Source: Paraspadella gotoi
Lineage: Eukaryota; Animalia; Chaetognatha
Length of the DNA: 58,132 nucleotides
Direction of reading: 5' to 3'
Assembly (NCBI GenBank): GCA_051294375.1
Contig: JBJCIZ010000669.1
Coordinates: 1-58,132 of the forward strand
Position 1 is the first letter of the stretch. Each line of letters opens with the position of its first letter. The notes beneath the pieces are model-generated. The model saw only the letters and a list, made by a program, of their open reading frames with translations, had not been told where the DNA came from and ran no database searches. A program made the position numbers and the translations under genes. Shown here one piece after another: positions 50,210-58,132 of the stretch.

Positions 50210-51775
50210 ATTCCTCCCACACGGGATTCCTCCCCTACACGGATTCCTTCTCCCGTGGGATTCCTCCAAGCGGGATTCTCCACATGGGATTCCTCCCTCG
50301 CAGGAAATTCCTCCCACACGGAATTCTTCCCAAGGACTTCCTCCCACACGGGATTCCTCCCCATGGAAAATTCCTCCATAGAATTCCTTCCTACCGGGAT
50401 TCCTCCCACACGGATTTCTCCCAAAGTAATTCCTCGCCCAAAGCAATTCCTCCCCAAAGAATTCCTCCACAACGGGATTTCCTCCGACAACGGGATTCCT
50501 CCCACGCGGATTCTCCACACGGATTCCCTCCACACTGATTTCCCTCCCACACGGGATGCTCCCACAAAGGTATTCCTCCCACACGGGATTCCTCCCACAC
50601 GATTTCCTCCCACACGGGATTCCTCCCTCAAAGGATTCCTCCACACGGGATTCTCTACACTAATTTTCCTCCCACACGGGATTCCCTCCCACATGCAATC
50701 CTCTCCACACGGGAATTCCTTCCCCTTAAGATTGTGATTACTTTTCTTGTTGCATGTTCTTGTTGCAAAGGAAAAAGTTGATTTATTAGAAATAAAATTT
50801 GTTGTGGGAGGGTTAGGAAAGTATGTGATACAAGATGGATAATAAGATTTTGATGTAATCATAGTTGTGGGAAAAGAGTTCATAATTAAGAAAACTAAAA
50901 GACACATTTATTTGAATTTTTTAACAGTTTATCTCTCTCTATCTCTCTCTGATTGACTTGATTGATTGGATTGGACCAAATTATGCCCATTGGAAAACAA
51001 AATGATGCCAGTTGAATCAAATTCTTGCAAAGGTTGAGCCAAATTAATGCCCAAGTTGACCAAATTTATGCCGGTGTGACCAAATAATCGCCAAGTTTTT
51101 TTAACCAAATGTTGGTCAGTTTGACCAAATTAATGCCAAGCTGACAAAAATTATGCAGTTGACCAAGTTAGCTTATTACCACTCTAATTTAATCGTTAGG
51201 CAGATCGACATTGTTTTGGCTTCAAACTTGTTTTTTTTCTATTGGAGCGCTGGAGAATCCCGCAGTGGAGGAATCCCGTGGAGAGGAATCCCAGTGGGAG
51301 GCAATCCTGCGTGGGAGGAAGCCGTTGTGGGAGGAATCCCGTGTGGGAGGAATCCCGCGTGGGAGGGAATCCCGCGATGGCGAGGAATACAGTGTGGGAA
51401 GGAAATCCGCGTGGAGAGGAATACCGCGGGGAGGAATCCCGCATGGGAGAATCCCGTGTGGGAGGAATAAACTGCGTGGGCGACTCCCGCAATGGGAGGA
51501 ATTTCCGTGTGGGGAGGAATCCCCGCCATGGGAGGAATCGCCGTGTGGAGGAATCCTGCGTGGGAGGAATCCCTGCGTGGGAGGAATCCGCGCATGGGAA
51601 AGGAATTCTGTAGGGAGGAACCCCGTGTGGGAGGAATCCCAGCGTGTGGAGGAATTCCTTTGGGAGGAATCCGTGTGGGAGCAATTCCATTGGAGGAATC
51701 CCTTGGGGCGGAATCGGGTGGGAGGAAGCCCGTGTGGAGGAATTCCCCGTGGGGAGGAATCCTGTTAGGCAGGAT
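50210..51775. repeat. Two oppositely oriented arrays of the 16-bp minisatellite (50210-50725 and 51253-51775) in TKT intron 1
   Basis: ggattcctcccacacg units versus cgtgtgggaggaatcc units. Confidence 0.9.
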
Positions 51776-52049
51776 CCCAATGGAACCATAGAATTAGCAA
51801 CAGCAGACAAAGAGCGATAGACAACAAGTACAGACACAAGCAGAAATACGGACAGAAAGATTGAAGCATGGTGAGACAGAGAAAAAGACAAAAAAAAAAA
51901 CAGACCCAAATAGAAACAGACAACTGATAGAAACAGATCAAAACAGAGAGAAAGAGGAAGATAGAACGTAAAAAAGTAACAGAAAGCAACAGAGCAAGAT
52001 AGAAAAAAAAAGAAAAAGACACAGACCTCTCTCCTTGAGCCTCTCTTAC

Positions 52050-52205
52050 CTTGAGCCTCATTTCGTGAAAGAAGAGAACGGCGAGGATCTCCGCTGCGCT
52101 GCAGCATGAGGTAGGGTGACCTGAACCAGCTGCGTTGGTCGAATCGATGCTGTGGATTCTGATTCGATTGGCTAAATCTTTCAAAATTTGTGGCTCAAGA
52201 AACAT
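52050..52205 (-). CDS. TKT: Transketolase, exon 1
   Basis: [47 protein letters not shown]|gtaaga; 52 codons. The six exons join in frame to give 627 aa. Confidence 0.93.
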
Positions 52206-52257
52206 TTTTTTTCTTTTTGACTTTATTTAATCAAGTATTTTTATGCTAAGAAGATAC

Positions 52258-54660
52258 ACGGTTCCTTTTTACATCGATTTAATCGGCACTGAGTGCACAA
52301 GAATTAGATGTCCCGGGATACGTTTCCGGACCTTTAGGCTACATAAAAAAAGGGTAATCAAATTTTTCCTAATGATAGTTTTTTTTATAAATTAATTTTA
52401 AAATTAGCTATACAAAATCAATGAAGTAAAATAAAATAAATTTAAAAATGGTTGCAAATTTTTAAAAATTGAAAACATTATCTATAAACAATTTTCTTTC
52501 GTTTGAGTCCATAACTTTTTATGTTTAATAGTTTATTTGTAATTAATTTTTCTATATTAAAATATTAATTTAATTTTTTTCAAATAATTTAAATTAAAAA
52601 AAATTATATAAATGCCAAATGATTGAAAAAAATTGTATATTATACGGGACTTACCTACTTAATACTTAATACTATATAGTAAGTTTTTTATGATTATGTT
52701 TTGACATAAAAAATAAATAATTTATAAAATTAAATATATGAAAATATTTATAACTTTGACTTTTTTTTTAGCATAATAAACATAATTTTTAATTAATTGT
52801 TTATGATGTTTTTAATAGCTACTGGTCTGTTGTAACCTTCTTAATTATAATAATTTTATAATTTTTTTTATTTTTAATAATACTGACTGCCGTATTTACT
52901 TACTTTTGATAAAATCAAAAAAATATTGATATTAAAAATTCTGTATTAAACAGACAAACACTTTTTTTATTCACATACTATTTAATTTTTTTGAGTGATA
53001 TAGTATTATCCTTGGACAAAATTTAAACAGTTTTAAACAATCCGAACTAGACATTTTTAAGGCCAAAAGTTGAGTTGTTAAAAAAACCTGCAAGATGCAA
53101 AAAAGACTTTATGTAGTAAAAAAAGTTTTTTCTTGAATAACTTTTGGAAAAAAAGGTAGCAAGGTGGGTGTGGTATCAAATTAAAGCCCTAATCATGGGA
53201 TACATTTCTAAAATAGTTGTGTTAAATTTTATCCATAAATTTTTACACAGCTTTTGTTTAAATACGAGTTAAAAGTATAACAGTTTTTTGCATTAAAAAT
53301 TTCAATGAAGGCATATGAATTTTTTTGTTTTTCTTTTTTAATTTAAAAGAGGAGAAACTAAATTACATTTTGATTACCATTAAATTTTTTCTACTGCATA
53401 AATTTTCTTGTATTTTTCAGTCTGGACGTCTACATTCTTGTCTGTGAAAAAAATCATCATTTTTCTTTATCTTCAACTGCAAACAAAAAGCTGACATATT
53501 TGACAAAGCAAGACATCATTGTATTAAATTGAATTGATAATTTCTTTTAAATATAACAACCTTCATACAGGGAGTTTTATTCTATTAATCATACATTTTT
53601 ATTAAGAAAAAAAAATTTATGGATAGGCCGATAGGAAAGGGTTCATTGACTGACTTAATGATTGAATTTTTAAAGTTTCTTTACTGCCCCCATTACACAA
53701 GACATAAAAGGTCACTATTATCATATCACTATGTACAGATTATCTCTACCCTTTACCCTACCTGCTTCCCGAATTTTCTTTTTTTCCTTTCAAATGTATA
53801 AATTTAAAAAATTATTTGAGAGAATGATCAGCATGGAGGATACCGTTGGTAAGCCTTAGTTACCCCACTTGCCGATCAACTTTTTAAACGAGGTTTTTTT
53901 TCCATCTAATCTAGACATTAGTTAGTATTGGTACTATTTGTAGTCGGTACAATTGATAGCCTTAAAAATAGCTTTAAAAATGTCTAGTTCGGATTGTTTA
54001 AAACTGTTTAAATTTTGTCCAAGGATAATACTATATAACTCAAAAAAATTAAATACATTATGATTAAAAAAGTTTTTGTCTCTTTCATACCGAATTTTTA
54101 TTATCAGTAAATTTTTGATTTTATCAAAAGTAAGTAAATACAGCAGTCAGTATTGCAAAAAATAAAAGTAGTTATAAAATTCTTATAATTGAGGATACAA
54201 CAGACCAGTAGCTATTAAAAGCATCATGAACAATTAATTAAAAATTATGTTTATTATGCTAAAAAAATTCAAAGTTATAAATATTTTTATATATTTAATT
54301 TTATAAATTTTTTTTCTATGTCAAAACAAAATCATAAAAAACTGACTATATGTATATGAAGGCCTATATTAAGTAGGTAAGTCCCTTATAATATTTTTTT
54401 TTCAATATATTGGCATAGTTATAATTTTTTTTAAAATTGAAATTATTTAAAAAAAATTAAAATAATATTTAATAAAGAAAAATTAATTACAAATAAACTA
54501 TTAAACATGAAATAAAGATTAAGGACTCAAACAAAAGGAAATTGTTTATAAATTATGTATGATGCATAATTTTTTCTATTTTAAAAATTTTCAAACATTT
54601 TTGTTTTTTTTTTAATTTTTCTGCACTCAGTGCCAATTAAATCAATGTAAAAAGGAAACT
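52258..54660. repeat. Large inverted repeat, arms ~52258-53063 and ~53959-54660, with a ~900-bp spacer
   Basis: For example 'ccttggacaaaatttaaacagttttaaacaatccgaactagacattttt' versus its reverse complement at 53975-54025. Confidence 0.88.
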
Positions 54661-54839
54661 TGCGATTATTTAGAGCTCGCCGCTAGAAATTTTTGTTATT
54701 GTAAGATTTCTTTCTTTTCGGTGTTTGATATTAGAAGAGAAAATCTTTTTATTTCAACAACAATAAGTTTTTAGCCGGATCTGCTTAGTTGAGCGTAGTG
54801 AAAGTTACATACAAAAATTCTAGATGTCAATTATGAACA

Positions 54840-55078
54840 ACCTTATCTGTTCAATGCAATATATAAGAAAAACAAAGAATAGTTTAAGAATAAGGTTTAA
54901 CGGTCATAAACATTCTATAAGGTCAGGAAAAAGTTCTCAAATTATCCATCAACATTTTAACAATGAAAATCATGGTCTAGAAAACCTAAGAATTTTACCA
55001 ATAGAAAAAATTAGACCAATGAATAATATAATAAATCAAAATAAATTAAGATTAGAAAGTGACAATAGAGCATTGGCT
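54840..55078 (+). pseudogene. GIY-YIG endonuclease fragment of a second, C/H-containing PLE lineage
   Basis: C.MQYI.KT.NSLRIRFNGH...I.....I.QHFN...H..ENLRILPIE......RL; unlike the LNRDGG-type elements elsewhere in the window. Confidence 0.7.
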
Positions 55079-55480
55079 TTCTGAAGGGGCAGTAGCAATA
55101 TACAATATATATATTATATACTTATTGATTGTCTCTTCAAATGTTTTTTACTGCTATTGTATATGAAATAATAATAAATAAGCTATCTTGCCCCTGACTT
55201 TGGACACTGGACAGGCTTTGGTGGTTTAAAGCCTCCACTCTTACAAGATAATGACATAGCAGGTCCCTGCAAGCTTTCAATCAAGACTCTCTCACAGTCT
55301 CTTTTATTCACTCACAGAGTACCTGGCTTCCCTATCAATGAAGTGGTATAATATTTTAAAGAATGTTTCAATTGTAAGAAAAGACCACTCCCTTAAGTAT
55401 TAGATGGGGGAATATAATATTATACACATATACTTTTAGAAAATAGAAAATTTCTTGTTTTTCCCATAGTTCAATATTGC

Positions 55481-55729
55481 TTAACACATGAGCCAATCTG
55501 GATGATTTTTTGGTCGGCATTCTTTGGGACATTCGCCAATGGCTTTGATCGAGAGCGACCAAGTTGCGCCAACAAAGTTAGTTTCATTTTTATTTTGGAG
55601 GAATTCTCTGGGAATTCGCTGTGTTGGCCATGGACGATTCAGCTTGTTTTTGTACATATGACAAGTGTAGCTGTCGTGAGCGACCATGTCATTTTTTGCA
55701 ATTGGCCAGACGATCGCAGTGAGAGCTTC
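55481..55729 (-). CDS. Terminal exon of an uncharacterised protein
   Basis: ctttatcag|EALTAIVWPIAK..AHDSYTC...RPWPTQR...NFVG...CPKECRPKNHPDWLMC*; clean acceptor and open frame; resembles the C-termini of uncharacterised invertebrate proteins (from recall, not searched). Confidence 0.7.
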   Translation of the reverse strand, partial: EALTAIVWPIAKNDMVAHDSYTCHMYKNKLNRPWPTQRIPREFLQNKNETNFVGATWSLSIKAIGECPKECRPKNHPDWLMC

Positions 55730-58132
55730 CTGATAAAGAAGGGTAATTAAAACAAATTCACATGACAGAGATAAGTACATAATAAATTCCCACTAATAAT
55801 TTCATACTTTTCAAATAATTAGTGTTAAGTATGAACAGTGTTTGTAACAAAAAAATTAAAACCATTTGCAATTGTAGTGGCACATAATATTTGCAAAATA
55901 ATGTATGAGACAGACGACTGACTGACGACAAGGAGAGAAGCATCGGTTAAGTAAGAGAGAGAGTGTGATTAGGAGCCGGCTTCCCTTGCGACCACTAAAC
56001 ACAGTGGCCAACTTGGTCAACCTTCGTCACCATACAATCAAATTTACAAATATTTATTTATTTATTTACAAATATTTACAAATATAACTGTGCAGTTTTA
56101 AAAGATTTTTAGCTGGCCTCTCCTTGTTGCTTGAAGGCCTTGAAAAGAACAAGTTTGAGCAAACAATGTCGGATCTGCCCACGATCATTATCGGTAATTA
56201 ATTAATTAATAAATAATTAATTAATAATTATTATTATTTAAGTTAATTATTTAATTAAATAATAATTAATTTAATTAATTAGGCAATTAATTAATTAATT
56301 TGATCCGAAATGTTTGTTTAGATTGATTAATTGACTGATTAATTAATTATTAAGTAATTAATTGACTAATTGATTAATTAACTGATTAATTATTGGATTA
56401 ATTAATACATCTTGCATTTAAATTTAAAATAAAAAGAAAAAGAAGCATAATTAATTAGTGAAACAGGTTCTTTGTTTTTTTCATTTAAACTCATTTCCAC
56501 TCAAACGATTCCATCGAAACTTGATTTCCAGTTCAATCACACACTTTCCTACTCACTAAGGTGGATTTGAAACCTTTATTTTTTTGCATAAGCCTTTGGC
56601 TGTCGATTTTTCCTATACCTATTACATATTTCTTCAATATCACTACAACAAAAATAAGTATATTGTACGGGATCACGCGCATTTTTTTAATTTCATACAT
56701 TTTTAACAATCGCTTTATATTATTGTCTCAGAATGGTCACTAAAGACTAGCAAAAATATTAAAATCAAGTAGAATAAAAATTTTAATAGTAGATCATGAA
56801 CAACCTGTGAACATTTTTAAATAAAAAAAAGATTTTTCAATTTTCTCATTAGCCCATATTTATACATTATGAACTTACCTTAAAAAATGTAAAAATTTTA
56901 AAAGGGTTTTTTCTTATTTTTGAGAGCAGATTCGAATTCCTCACCAAAAGTTGATAAAAGAAAATATAAATATTTTTAAAAAATTATTTCATTAAGTTGG
57001 ACAAAATCCTAAAAAAACTATTATAATTAACCTATAATAATCAGAGAATTATCGCAGTTTGTTCATAATTACTTCATAAAGTAGAAACGCATCTGGCGAT
57101 TTAAAATAGTTTCCATTCAAATAGATAATATACAGTGGTGGGACCCTATATCGAGAGATAAAACTTAATGTCCTGCCCTGTCTGAACGATTTGAGATACA
57201 ATAATAAAATGATTGGCAAACGTTTTTGGTCTTTTTTTTATGTACAAATTACAATGAAACAAAATAAATTTTTAAGCAAATACAAGGCATCGCAGATGTT
57301 TTAAAAACATTTAGTCGTTTTTATGCACGCGCATTGTATTGCATACAATAAAAACCATACTTGTTGATATTTTTCAGTGGTCGTTTCTGAACAAGTCCTG
57401 TACTCGTTCCCGACTATAAAAATTAACCCAAGAACCCAAAGAGTCCCTGACCCCGTAACTTCATCCCACCTATTTTTAGTTAGAGTAAACCATAACAGGA
57501 ACTTACCCAAATCTTACCGGCTTACTTTAATTTTTTTTTACAAAAATGCCATGTATACCTTGCCATAAGCATTATCATTCTACAAATAAGTACTTACAAA
57601 AATATTTTTAACTTTTATCTATTAGAATAAGATTAAACAATAAGTATTCAAACATTTTTCTTCCAAACTGCGCAGAAAAAACCGAGCAGTTGCCTTTGCT
57701 GCATAAAAAAAAACATATCAAATAATTTTAAAACAATTAATATATTGTCTAAAAACTAAGAGAGAGTACTATACGAATATTTTATAGGGTTCTACACCTG
57801 TAGATGGAGAGAGAGAAAACACAAAATTTTCAGCCTAACCGTTAAAACCCATGCACCTTTGGCTAAACATTAACGGTTGAGTGAAATAAACTTGTTTCAC
57901 TTTTTTAAACAATACTTTCATTTTTGCATTAAAAAAAAAATAATTTGACAATCTTTTAATGGTAAAGATATGTATATATAAATTATTTATAAGATTCAAA
58001 AATGAAGTAAAATCTAGAAATCGAGAGACGAAGAATGAAGAAGCTTAGAAACAAAGAATGAAGAAATGGAGATGGATGCTAAAAGAAAGTATTGAAGAGA
58101 CAGTAATAATTGTTATGAGTTAGTGATAGAAC

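Noticed and set aside
50182-51791. Long overlapping ORFs (up to 303 aa) in several frames
   Set aside because: These are translations of the 16-bp minisatellite inside TKT intron 1.
54824-55350. Selenoprotein-type (Naiad) PLE with SECIS
   Set aside because: No in-frame TGA at a Cys position and no convincing SECIS core could be identified.
57420-57585. Possible upstream micro-exons of the 55481-55729 gene
   Set aside because: Splice-like sites exist, but no frame gives recognisable protein sequence.

Overview
AT-rich, repeat-dense eukaryotic (metazoan-like) genomic DNA with several N gaps and many single-base indels, so it looks like an unpolished long-read assembly; the organism cannot be identified from this window. 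Host genes, all on the minus strand: (1) a complete six-exon animal-type transketolase (52205..42424, 627 aa, all introns GT-AG and phase 0); (2) a GT31 beta-1,3-glycosyltransferase with four visible exons (~36048..13480), whose ~21-kb second intron holds a ~5-kb-armed inverted duplication; (3) the last exon of an uncharacterised Cys-containing protein (55729..55481). Most of the rest is mobile DNA: Penelope-like retroelements (RT + GIY-YIG) with pseudo-LTRs carrying about a dozen intact or degenerate minimal hammerhead-ribozyme motifs, two mirror copies of a deleted Tc1 element, a tRNA-headed SINE-like family, DINE/Helentron-like and MITE-like repeats, a gypsy gag fragment, an SGNH-hydrolase remnant and minisatellites. 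The most interesting observations are: small hairpin units built around a hammerhead core; a CCA-tailed tRNA-Leu 3' fragment between 19-bp direct repeats that stops at about position 38; and three inverted duplications that each hinge at or next to a TTAA-GG site.
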